A stretch of 20,071 nt of DNA from a virus, in IMG/VR virus record IMGVR_UViG_3300010268_000001, one strand, 5' to 3'. Positions 6,296 to 16,700 of the stretch are shown here, one piece after another. Both the position numbers and the translations under genes were made by a program. Position 1 is the stretch's first letter; each line of letters opens with the position of its first letter. A model generated the notes under the pieces. That model did no database searches. It was given only the letters and a program-made list of their open reading frames with translations, and had not been told where the DNA came from.

Positions 6296-8353
6296 CTATA
6301 TATGTCGGGCTATTGACGTTCCTTCTATGACGCTATAATCGTACGGATCGTAGAACGGCCTGTTTGACACCTTCCATGCTTCTACTTCGTTGTCATCAAC
6401 ATATATTGCGTCGCAGCGCAGCTCGTCGATGTATATGTTTGCCGAGCGTAAGAACCCTTCAGGGTCACACCCTAAGCCGAGTTTTTGAGTTTCAAATACT
6501 GGTGGTGTAATCCATGGATCGTTTGATATGTCCTTTACCACATCGTCAATCATGAACTGCATATTATTGCCGTTAAAGCGTACGCACATAAAGTGCCACT
6601 TGTCGTCATATATATCTACTTCGTTATTCGTAATATCTATGGTCTTCGGCGTGAGTGACTGTTGTGCATTTATACATTCAAACCTTATGTTTTTTGTTCC
6701 TCCGGGTATAAAAACCTTCCATGAGGAGACATTATTATAGTGGTTACCATATTCGTCTACCTTAGCATACCATACCAACACCCTGTCGTCGCCGAGCGCA
6801 GGACGTACCTCAAGGGAGCCCAGCTTGAAGTAGCAACATACAGTGCTCGGCGGCGGTATTTCATATGATAATTTTTCGTTACTTACAGATGTTGCTACGT
6901 ATGGGGTGGGATAATTTCTTTCTTCGAGCTGCACTCCGGCTATCAATATATAGTCTCCCACATTCTTGAAATCTACCTGATTATTGCCTATATATATCCT
7001 GCACGTTATGGCTCCCTCCGGGGCTGTTCCCGTGAGTACTACCCGCTTCCATGTGTCACGGGATAAGTATACAGGCTGAGAGAGCGTAGTTCTGCTTATC
7101 CTTACATCGTCCGAGTCGTACCATGTTATTGACGTGGCGTACACTTCTTCAATGCTTTGTAGGTACTCCATTGCTCCTTTTGCGTAGAAGCTTAGTGTGT
7201 ATTGCTGTCCTGACGTTATTTCTATTGGCGACGAATATATAGCAAATGCAGTGTCGCCTAATGATATACATTCTATCTTTCTGCATTGGGTAATACCTAT
7301 CGGCGTCTCTTCGGTAACTACGCTGTCAGTTGTACGCTCTCCGTAATGAGCAGAAGAATACAGTGCTATATTTTCAGTTAGGTTGCGTGTATTTTCCTGT
7401 ATAATTACGCCGTTACCGAACTTGCCTTCCGATATCCTGGCTATGTTCCATGACGGTTTAATTGAATCCGTTGACCATAGTGTTCTGTCGAAATGCCACA
7501 GGCCTATTGTGTCGTCTGTAATTGGAACAAGGACGTCTTGTAATCTTAGCCTTCTCTTTCTATGCGCTTTTGTGGGCCTTGCCTGTAACGGCATCTTGAT
7601 AAGGAACGACTTACTTCCTATTGCCTCGTTGTATGCGATATCCTTTATAGCATAATACAGTGTGGCTTCACCGGGACGCATACCTGCGACATCTGGAGAT
7701 ATATGCCCTACGAGACAGATTCCTTTGTGTATAAGCTCTATGTCATATCTTTTGCCACTTGAGTCTATAACATATATTTCATAGTCTTCTGCAAGGTCTT
7801 CGTTTGCTATAAATGATATCGGCAGAGAGCTTCCGACATATACCGCTGCAGCAATTTTAGGTGTAATCACAGGCGGTTTTGTATCATACTCTACTTGTGT
7901 CTCGGCTCTGTATTCTTCTTCGTCGATTTGTATATATACATTCAATGCATATACGCTGTTTTGTTCTAGCTGCGTTATATCAATATCGAATGTTATATCG
8001 GCGCCCACGGTAACAGTATTGCCGGAAGCAACAAGTGTGCCGACGCCCCATCCTATTAGTTCTCCAACCTTTGTTAGTCTCGCTTCCCACTCAGTGATAT
8101 TCCTGTCGCATGTTACTGTAATGGTACACTTATTTCTTTCAGGGTTATTGGACAATTTACCCTTGTTACTTGCATCAATAAGAATAGTTGGGATAGAAAT
8201 AGCGCCCCATTTATAGTTCTTAATTGTTCCCCAGGTATGCTCCCCTACCCAGTCCCATCTCGCATTAGCCGGGGGCGCAATAACGCCCTTCCAGGCATAT
8301 ATTAAGTTGTCATTCCAACGATATTGCTTTATACGCCCCCAGTCTGACCTCAC
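6296..8353 (-). CDS. Ig-like plus LamG/CBM-like virion adhesion protein, 685 aa
   Basis: GTG start with SD AAGGAGG. N-terminal Trp-every-8 repeats, then Ig-like segments (YDTKPPVI; IKDIAYNE), then WHFD, GVIIQENTRNL, YTLSFYAK, WKRVVLTGTAP, QLEERNYPTPY, WHFMCV and DELRCD. Confidence 0.8.
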   Translation of the reverse strand: MRSDWGRIKQYRWNDNLIYAWKGVIAPPANARWDWVGEHTWGTIKNYKWGAISIPTILIDASNKGKLSNNPERNKCTITVTCDRNITEWEARLTKVGELIGWGVGTLVASGNTVTVGADITFDIDITQLEQNSVYALNVYIQIDEEEYRAETQVEYDTKPPVITPKIAAAVYVGSSLPISFIANEDLAEDYEIYVIDSSGKRYDIELIHKGICLVGHISPDVAGMRPGEATLYYAIKDIAYNEAIGSKSFLIKMPLQARPTKAHRKRRLRLQDVLVPITDDTIGLWHFDRTLWSTDSIKPSWNIARISEGKFGNGVIIQENTRNLTENIALYSSAHYGERTTDSVVTEETPIGITQCRKIECISLGDTAFAIYSSPIEITSGQQYTLSFYAKGAMEYLQSIEEVYATSITWYDSDDVRISRTTLSQPVYLSRDTWKRVVLTGTAPEGAITCRIYIGNNQVDFKNVGDYILIAGVQLEERNYPTPYVATSVSNEKLSYEIPPPSTVCCYFKLGSLEVRPALGDDRVLVWYAKVDEYGNHYNNVSSWKVFIPGGTKNIRFECINAQQSLTPKTIDITNNEVDIYDDKWHFMCVRFNGNNMQFMIDDVVKDISNDPWITPPVFETQKLGLGCDPEGFLRSANIYIDELRCDAIYVDDNEVEAWKVSNRPFYDPYDYSVIEGTSIARHI

Positions 8354-8369
8354 TTACGATTCCTCCTTA

Positions 8370-11192
8370 TTATTCTATAGCAGTTATTTCGGTAAATGGT
8401 GCAGCTATAACTGCTACATCAAGTACCAATTCTTCGTATGCTTCGTCGTCAAGGTTTATAGTTACAGAATTTTCTGTTAGGTCACTGTAGTAGTAATGTG
8501 CTTCGGGGCTATTTGATGTTATCATAACTATATAATTAGTTGTGCCGAGATCGTGCTCAAATACCGCTCTTGATGTATACTTCGGAAATACAATTCTTGC
8601 ATACTTTTGCCTACCTGTCTGTGAATATAGCTCTGATAGTGCGACGCCATTTTCTTTAAGTATTCCGTTGATATTAAATGTCTTATTGTTGCAATCGAGC
8701 GTCGCTACAAGGGTTCTTGTGTCAGAGTCATAGAAGTTGATTACCCCGCTTGAACCTATCTCGAGCTGGCCTTGCTGTGTGCTTTGCCTTATATAGCCCC
8801 AATTGCCTGAATGGGTTGATGCATCTTCGTGTTTTGAGCCCCAGTAAATCCCTTTGTAGTCTTGGTCATCTAACCAAATGATAGAGCCAGTCATGTTGCC
8901 GCCAGATAAAGCAAGATAATCGGACGGATTTAAGTTGCCCGAGTGCCATACTGTGTAATCGCCAACCTTAACATCGGCAGAAGTCCCTGGACTTAGGACT
9001 ATATCACCGTTGCTGTTCTTTATGGTAAGTGTTGTAGTGCCGGCAGTACCATATCCTATATATCCAGACGGCGTGGATATATTATCTGAGTCTGCGAAGA
9101 ATCGCATATATACATGGTCTGATGTGCCACCTGCTTTTAGATCAATTGCTGTGCCGTATTCGCTTACAATGCTCAGAGTCCCTGTCAGTGTATCACTTGT
9201 GTTCTTAAGCGGAGTATAGCCAAGAGCGTTTTGCTTTGCGTTCCATACGGCCCTCTCTGCTGCTGTTATGTGTACTGTCGTGTTCGATGTATGAGCGGTG
9301 AATTCTGCGTTACTTGGTGCATCTACAGGGGCATGTGGAGACTGAGAGTGGTCATATGCAATCTTGCCTCTGTCGCCACGGTATGCGGTAGTCTCTGTTT
9401 CTCCAAGCTGTAGGTGCGGCGACTGACTATGTTCGTATGCTGCGTCCCATTTGTCGTCTCTGCGTGAATTACCCATATAGTATCTTGATGCATTGATGTA
9501 TCCGTTAACATCAAGTGTCTGTGCGGGATTGGTCGTACCTATACCGACTTTGCCGTCGGTCTTTATAATCATCTTTGTTGTAACATTCGGGTTTGTTGCT
9601 ACCTGCTCGAATGTTCCTGTTACGTTTGCCGCATATGTGTCAAATACTATGTTTGCACCTATGAGTCTTATTCTGTCAGGTCCTGCGGCGTCTGAATAGT
9701 CATTTCCTTTGAACAGGACAAGCTCGGATGCTTCGGTTCCACCATATATTCTTTCTCCGATGTAAGTACTTGTGCCACCTGCATCTCCGGTCGTACCTCT
9801 GAACCAGATATAGTTAGGGCCTGCATCGCTTCCACCTATTCTGAGGTTACCATTTAAAGTTAGGTCTCCTGTGAATGTCTGCGTTACTATACGGTAGTAG
9901 TTTATGCCGTCTTCTGTTAGTGTCCATCTGTCTGTGTTTTCGTTCCATATGATAGCTACGTTCGGCGATGTCCCGCGCTCTATTTCTATACCGGCATTCT
10001 CTGTCGGCGTACCGGTTACATCGCTGTTTAGTGTAATTATATTGTCAGCTACGCTTATCTCGGTTGTATTTATAGTTGTCGTTGTACCTTGTACAATGAG
10101 ATTGCCTGTTATCTTGATATCACTGTCAACGACCTGTTCTGATGTACTTGACAGCTTAAGCCATGTTCCTGATAGGTCAGTAACCAGGTCAGAAAGTCCG
10201 TTGCGTGTATAAGTGATCTTTTCATCTGCAAACGATGTGCCGGTAAGATAGTAGTTTGCGGAAGAAATTCTGATACTTGCAGCATAACCTGTTGCATCTC
10301 CTACGGTAACGGTCGTAGCTCCGCTGCCTTCGAATTTTACGCTCTGGTTTGAAGCTGTTGCCGATCTTACATTAGAGCCGTCTGAGAATGTCTTAAAGTA
10401 TGACAGGGCATTATGTCTTTCATCGCCGTGCATGATTGGTGTTCTGGCATTGGTAAGCCTTGTATCGGCATTGTCGACAAATTTATTATTCGCACTTGGA
10501 GCAGTGCCTGATGTGCCAGCTAAAGCCGCCAGTATATCATCTGTTACGTGCTTTACGTTTGTTATATTATTGCTATGGTGAGCAGAAATATCGACACCGT
10601 CTACCGTTTTCCCGTCTGTCAGTATGATATTGTCGTCAAATGTGATTGGTTTATAGAATGTAGCGGCACCGCTTTGTTGTATACGGTATACTCTTTGCAG
10701 AGTACCCGATTGATTATCTGCCCAGAGCTCTAATGCATTGTTATCGCCTGTCTCAGTACCTTTGTAAATTAGGTTAAAACCGTACCTATTGTTACTTGTG
10801 GAATCTTCTATCCTCCATATATTAACGTCGTTATTCGCCTGTCGTATTGTTATGGCAGTAGAATCAGACGTTAAGTCTATGTAAATTGGGTGGCTAAACT
10901 GCCACATATCGTAATTTTCTCTCCACAGTATATACGATCTTGTGGTAGTACCCCTGTTAACCTCTATACCTGCATCAGGCGACAACTCGGGACTGCCTGT
11001 GTATCCCGAGTTTAGTGTTATTATATTGTCCTCTACTATCAATTCGTGTGTATTAATGGTTGTAGTAGTGCCATTAACGGTAAGATTACCTGTAATAGTA
11101 AGGTTACCCGAGATCGTGATATTATCCTCGAGCTTTGGGCTTGTAACGTTCTTATCGAGTATGTCTATTGTTTTTATCCTGGTCCGTGGCAT
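8370..11192 (-). CDS. Long trimeric tail fibre protein, 940 aa
   Basis: ATG with SD AAGGAG. Two GNLxVxGTTTTINT...DNIITLN...AGIE(V/I)xRG modules, GKVGIGTTNPAQTLDVNG, HITAAERAVWNAKQNALGYTP, VWHSGN, and a small C-terminal HDLGT beta-domain. Confidence 0.85.
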   Translation of the reverse strand: MPRTRIKTIDILDKNVTSPKLEDNITISGNLTITGNLTVNGTTTTINTHELIVEDNIITLNSGYTGSPELSPDAGIEVNRGTTTRSYILWRENYDMWQFSHPIYIDLTSDSTAITIRQANNDVNIWRIEDSTSNNRYGFNLIYKGTETGDNNALELWADNQSGTLQRVYRIQQSGAATFYKPITFDDNIILTDGKTVDGVDISAHHSNNITNVKHVTDDILAALAGTSGTAPSANNKFVDNADTRLTNARTPIMHGDERHNALSYFKTFSDGSNVRSATASNQSVKFEGSGATTVTVGDATGYAASIRISSANYYLTGTSFADEKITYTRNGLSDLVTDLSGTWLKLSSTSEQVVDSDIKITGNLIVQGTTTTINTTEISVADNIITLNSDVTGTPTENAGIEIERGTSPNVAIIWNENTDRWTLTEDGINYYRIVTQTFTGDLTLNGNLRIGGSDAGPNYIWFRGTTGDAGGTSTYIGERIYGGTEASELVLFKGNDYSDAAGPDRIRLIGANIVFDTYAANVTGTFEQVATNPNVTTKMIIKTDGKVGIGTTNPAQTLDVNGYINASRYYMGNSRRDDKWDAAYEHSQSPHLQLGETETTAYRGDRGKIAYDHSQSPHAPVDAPSNAEFTAHTSNTTVHITAAERAVWNAKQNALGYTPLKNTSDTLTGTLSIVSEYGTAIDLKAGGTSDHVYMRFFADSDNISTPSGYIGYGTAGTTTLTIKNSNGDIVLSPGTSADVKVGDYTVWHSGNLNPSDYLALSGGNMTGSIIWLDDQDYKGIYWGSKHEDASTHSGNWGYIRQSTQQGQLEIGSSGVINFYDSDTRTLVATLDCNNKTFNINGILKENGVALSELYSQTGRQKYARIVFPKYTSRAVFEHDLGTTNYIVMITSNSPEAHYYYSDLTENSVTINLDDEAYEELVLDVAVIAAPFTEITAIE

Positions 11193-11203
11193 GTTATCAC
11201 TCC

Positions 11204-13771
11204 TTACAGGTCGAAGTCAACAACGATAACATCGTTTTTATACTCTTCTGGACCTGTATTTCCGTAGATTACATGATCAGAGAATATTATTAAGTTTCCT
11301 TCCTGCCAGTAGTCGTTATCCCATGCGGACGCTGATGAGTTTCTCTTAAGTCTTAGTCCGTTCTTATATACTCTGGTTTTCTCTGGCAGAGGAATATAGT
11401 TGTTTATTACAATGTATTCTCTGTCTCCGGCTCCTGTTGTCGGGCCGGTAAATGGAGCATCATATATGTGGACATGTTTCTTGGTGTTAGCATCATCCCA
11501 GTTCGTTATCTTTTGTGCGGTAATAGTTGCGGATGAGGATTCTTCTCTAAACGTTATTGTATCTGTTTTAAGTTCAAGCGACCTTGTTACCGATGTACCG
11601 GCCTGGTTTTGCACTCTCGGATCCTGTATAGTTACTCTTGTGTTTATACCAGACCTGTCTATTAGGACTCTGTCTACAGTCTGGTATTGTCCTGAGCTTA
11701 CAAGCACATTATCCCTGTCGGACCTTAGTATTGATATGCTCTCGCCTTCAGACAGGATGGACACGAACTTTCTTGTTGAGTAAATGTCGCTGTTCGCTAT
11801 TGTTGATTTATTATATGGCGGGATTTCGGCAAGCTTAATCGGGTTTGTAAGAGAACTGAATGCTTGGTCAGCCGCTGCCTTTGTTGCTGCTGATATAATC
11901 CCGACGTTTCCCAATACATAGTTTCCTTCTGTTCTGCCAGCTATAAATACTATATGGTAATTACTTCTTGTAAATCCAGATGTAATGGCAGCCTGGCCTG
12001 GGTAGGTGTATACGCCGTAGTCCTTGATATAAAGTCGTCCTGCGGAAACGCTTATACCTTCCTGCGTTCCAAGACCTGAAACGGCACATCCTGTGATTAC
12101 GCCATAACCAATCGAATTCATTGCTACGTTCATTATGTCTGACGCATGGAAGTTATCTAATCTGTCTGCGTTGAGGTTAGCAACGACGTTTGTATTGGTA
12201 GTAGATAGCGTACCTACTGATAGAGTTCCTGTCACCGTAAGGTTACCATTAATTGCACCACCATTGACAGATATATAGTTTGAAGGCGTAAAGTTCCCAG
12301 AGTGCCATACAGTGTTATTGCCTATCCTTACTTCGCCAGATGCCCCGGGCGACAGTATGATATTGCCGCCGGTCATGCTATTGGCAATAGTAAGATTAGT
12401 TGTGCCTGCTGTCGCGTAACCTATATATCCAGAACGTGTATTGGGGCTATCTGAATCAGCAAAGAAAGACAGGTATACATGATCCGAGGTGTCGCCCGCT
12501 TTTATGTTGAGCGCGGTACCGTCGTTGCTTACAATTGTTAAAGTCCCTGTTAGTGTGTCGCTTGTATTCTTAAGCGGAGTATAGCCTAATGCGTCCTGTT
12601 TGTTGTTCCATCTTGTTCTGTCAGCCGCTGTGATATGTAATGATGTATCGTCTATATGGTCCTGGAATTCGGCTCTTGAAGGGGCATCAACCGGTGCGTG
12701 GTCTGAGTCGGCGTGTTCCTTTGCAGCATTCCATGCAGCACGTTCCTGGGAAGTTATATGCGCTGTTGTATTATTGGTATGCGCCGTAAACTGTGCATTG
12801 CTCGGCGCATCTATGGGAGCATGTTGTGATATACTGTGCTCATATGCTGTGTCCCACTTGCTGTCCTTACGCTCATTGCCGATAGATAGTGTGCCGGCAA
12901 ACTTTATATTGCCAGATCTATCGACAGAGAATACTGATACATTGTCTTGGTCATATAAGGTTAGGTCTGCCATAATTGCGACATTGTCGTCGCCATTGTT
13001 GTCGCCAAGGACAGTATTTCCATATACCAATAGATTACCATTGACTATAAAGTCTCCTTCTGCGCTTCCTCCGCCGGACTCAAACGACGACATGAGATTC
13101 ACAGTGATTGACTTCGCAGTTACGTTGCCGCGGTTGTCGATGCTATAGTATGTTTCAGTTCCTGTCGGGTTGACTATTAAAAATACATTGACGGTAGATG
13201 TGTAGTCAACATAAACTGTAGCGCCTTCTGGTATGGTACTATCTGCTGTCCTTGATATTCTTCCGGTAGGGTAATGTATGGAGTAATCTACATCACGCTT
13301 GTATATTACCGTGCCATTAACATCAGATTTTACCGTTTCTGACAGAGCATCGACTGGCTTATATGCCAAGGTGACGGTATTACCTGTAAACGTAACAGCT
13401 TCGTTAGTATGTTGTTGCGACATATCAGTTGACGGCCTAATTCTTATACTGTTGGTATTAGCCGTAAATACATTCTGCCCGTCAAGCCTTGCATAGTTAC
13501 TTATTCCGTCAATGTTTCCGACGTGCACCTTAGCCATGCCGGATGTCTGAAGGTCTGCCTTTGTATAATAATTAGACAGATCCAGCCCTATAATCTTACC
13601 CTCAACGGCAAGATCTCCTGTTATGGTCGCATTGCCGGTGATTGTTAAGTTGTCGTCTTCAGAGTCGTTTATTAACGGAGTCTTAACCCCTAAATTAAAT
13701 GTAGAGAGGTGGGACACTGTAAGTATCCCATTCACCCTCAGATCATAGTCTATATCTCTAAATACAGCCAT
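11204..13771 (-). CDS. Long trimeric tail fibre protein, 855 aa, partial paralog of the 940-aa fibre
   Basis: ATG with SD GAGGAGG inside the end of the upstream gene. Motifs LSNYYTK, YARLDGQNVFT, HITAADRTRWNNKQDALGYTP, VWHSGN, NLNADRLDNFHA, GVITGCAVS, HVH and a C-terminal VYKNGL...DY domain. Confidence 0.85.
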   Translation of the reverse strand: MAVFRDIDYDLRVNGILTVSHLSTFNLGVKTPLINDSEDDNLTITGNATITGDLAVEGKIIGLDLSNYYTKADLQTSGMAKVHVGNIDGISNYARLDGQNVFTANTNSIRIRPSTDMSQQHTNEAVTFTGNTVTLAYKPVDALSETVKSDVNGTVIYKRDVDYSIHYPTGRISRTADSTIPEGATVYVDYTSTVNVFLIVNPTGTETYYSIDNRGNVTAKSITVNLMSSFESGGGSAEGDFIVNGNLLVYGNTVLGDNNGDDNVAIMADLTLYDQDNVSVFSVDRSGNIKFAGTLSIGNERKDSKWDTAYEHSISQHAPIDAPSNAQFTAHTNNTTAHITSQERAAWNAAKEHADSDHAPVDAPSRAEFQDHIDDTSLHITAADRTRWNNKQDALGYTPLKNTSDTLTGTLTIVSNDGTALNIKAGDTSDHVYLSFFADSDSPNTRSGYIGYATAGTTNLTIANSMTGGNIILSPGASGEVRIGNNTVWHSGNFTPSNYISVNGGAINGNLTVTGTLSVGTLSTTNTNVVANLNADRLDNFHASDIMNVAMNSIGYGVITGCAVSGLGTQEGISVSAGRLYIKDYGVYTYPGQAAITSGFTRSNYHIVFIAGRTEGNYVLGNVGIISAATKAAADQAFSSLTNPIKLAEIPPYNKSTIANSDIYSTRKFVSILSEGESISILRSDRDNVLVSSGQYQTVDRVLIDRSGINTRVTIQDPRVQNQAGTSVTRSLELKTDTITFREESSSATITAQKITNWDDANTKKHVHIYDAPFTGPTTGAGDREYIVINNYIPLPEKTRVYKNGLRLKRNSSASAWDNDYWQEGNLIIFSDHVIYGNTGPEEYKNDVIVVDFDL

Positions 13772-13774
13772 CTG

Positions 13775-16700
13775 TTAAGCCTCCTCGTATATGTCGTAGG
13801 CTATAAGCTCGAGCCACTCTATTCCTACTTCCTTGCCGCTGCCTGTGTATGTGTTGTCGCTGTCCTGGATTCGTACCTGGATTATATGGTTCTTTCCTGT
13901 GTTATTGACCTCGAAGAAGCCGCTGTATGCGTCGCAGCGTCCTGATGATGAGCCGGCTGTGTAAGGCAGTGTCCATTCGTAGACAACCTGCGGAGTAGCT
14001 TCATCTGTGACTATCCTTATCTTCGCGTTGACACTGTCGTTTGCTGTGATATTGTCTCCGTATACGCAGTAGAGCCTGTATTTTCTCTTCATGCCCTCTT
14101 CTGTTGGCGGCATTGCAAATCCGAACAGATTATAGTGGCTTACGAGCGTCTCCCATGTATAGCTGTTGGTCTGGAACTGCGGGTCTCCTGCAAGACCATA
14201 TAGAGGCCTTGAATGTGCTATATATGGCTTACCGAGTTCCTTGATTCGTCCTTTTATCACAAGGTCGCCATCCATCGAATCGTGTGTATGGTCTGCCCTT
14301 GCTACCAGATTTGATGTTCCGCTTGAACCCCAGCCCTCCATTGAGTCAAGGAATTCTTTATTTGCGTGCGGGTGGGTTGGGTGGTTAAGAGCGAGCTTGG
14401 ATTCTTGGATAGCTGCGTCGTTAGCTATGTGTAGATCAGTAATTTGGAATTTCTTAATCTTGTCTGCTGTTATCGCACCATTGGCGATATGGTGTTCCTG
14501 AATACCTGTATGCAGCGGCTCGTTCGGATCCCATGACTCGATTGTGAAACCAGGGTATTTGTCTGCAGCAGGAGCCATTCTCCAGTAGGTCGGGTTGACA
14601 CCGTACTCCATAGTGACACTTGTGATCATCACGGAACCTTTTTCGAAGTCGAATTCATTTTTCGATGCTTCGCCTCCGTAGCTTCCTTTGCCTTCTACAG
14701 CCTCGCCGCGGCCTTCAAGAGTGGTCTTGAAGCGTACCCTGTATTTAATCGGAACCTGATGGTTCGGTATCTTTGTGATTTTGTCTGTCTGAACTGTATC
14801 GTACGCACCGGATGTTATCTGCGCTCCACGGCCAAGGTATTTTCTCGCTGCTCCGGGCGAGAGTTTGGTCGTATACCAGTCGAACAGTTCAACAGGGTTA
14901 ATGGACGGTGAAGCGATGAGGTTGGAGTTCCTGTAATATAACTGATAGTCCTGGAGTTTGATTATGTCAAAGTTTACGCGGCCCTGTTGCTGTACAAACT
15001 TAATCGTATGCTCTCCCGGCATGAGATTTGTATATAGCTGTGAGAATCTCTCAATCTTTGCTGTGTTCTGGGAGATTGAGTATATTAGCTTACCATCGAG
15101 GTAGATTGCTATATTACCAAGACCTATGTCTGCTATCCAGCCTACATAGAAGTCGCAGCGATACTCGTTTCTGAATGTCCACTCAATCCATGCTCCTGTT
15201 ACGTCGGTTTCTGCTACAGAACCTCTTGTTGCTTCTTTGCCTGTTACAGGATCTCTATACGGTATTGCGAGCGGAAGGTTGGACAGGTCTTCCTGAACGT
15301 GTCTATAAATTGCTCGCACTTCCTGCCCAGGCTTAATACGTGAGTTTTCTGTCAGCCATATGGTATTAGTTAGATAGTCGTAGATGTAATCATACTGCTC
15401 GCCTTCTACAGGAGTCATATCGCTACGCAGCCCGTTATACTTATGTTCATCGAACATATCATATACTTCTACCTCGCCGCGTATGTCATGCTCGCCGTCA
15501 GGTTTGGTATAGTATAGCCTGTACCTTACTCTTTGCGCAGGAGGAGTCATCGGACTAAGCGGGTCTGTAGTGAGTGTCGGATCGTCAAACCTTATCTTAT
15601 ATGCTTCGCCTACGCCCTGGAATGTGAGATAGCTTTCTCTTACGCCTTCTGAGTCCCAAAGAGTATTTGAAGCAAATGTGTAGCTCGTATTAGCCTTCCA
15701 GTCGCCCATAACCTTGATCTGCTTCCATACGTTCTCGTCGCTTACGCTTGTTCCGTTGGCGTAGAACCTTAAGAAGCGGATCTTCATCGGGCCATTGTAG
15801 GTCTCTCCGTTATAGGTCTTCGGGAAGGTTATTATATATTCAGAAGGGGCCTCGTCATCCTGGTAAACTACGGTCCATGTCTTATAATCGGTTGACACTT
15901 CTACGCGTACATTGTTAATAGTTCTTCCGTCTGTTGTGTGCTTAACAATAATCTCTGTAATGTAGTATACACTTCCTATGTCAAGTTCGATATACTGTTC
16001 TCCCGGCGGAAGAACTACGTCGCTTACAAGTGACTTTAAGTTGTCCACGTCACCGGATATAGGCTCTGCGCTCGCTGTAAATGTACCATAGATGGCTCTG
16101 TTGGATATACCTGAGTATACGAGTCCTTTGTACCACGGTATTTCTTGTAAGAGGTTGCCTTTACTGTCATAGAACTCGTATCTTCGTTCGAGCTTATTGT
16201 AGTATCCTTTGCCGAAGTCAAGTATTGGCTGCCACGGTTCAATCTGGTCGTTGTCGACGTAAATTGGTTTAGGTACAAGCTCGTCTATTTCCATACGTAC
16301 CCACTGGTTTTCAGGACGAGGCCATCTCCAGTATACATCTGCCGACAGGACTACGTCTTCATAGTTCCGCTTGTACGGATGATAGAAGTAACGTACCTTG
16401 ATATAATAGTAGTACTCAACTGTAACTGTTTCGCCATCTGGGATAGAGCTGTTTTCGGTTCTTGCTATTGTGTTATTTTCTCTATTTATGATGTAGTCCT
16501 TGCCCTCTTTATACTGGCCCGTGGTCTGGTTGAGCGGGAATACTTTGATCTCGTTATACTTATAACCATTCGGTATCAAAGATACTGGTGTTGTGCCATT
16601 TAAAGGTCCTGCGTTTTGTCTTACCCTTGACGGAGGTATAGCATTGCCAAGCCTTGAAATTGTCTTCCTGTCGTAGTCGATTACGAAGTCTATGTTTTCT

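Noticed and set aside
3405-6298. Stop-codon reassignment, since three consecutive genes end in TAG
   Set aside because: Each TAG follows the natural end of a paralogous domain and precedes a new SD and start codon. Coding density under the standard code is already nearly complete.
8886-12871. Invertase- or shufflon-type fibre switching
   Set aside because: The repeats are direct, all genes share one orientation, and no recombinase or inverted crossover sites were seen.
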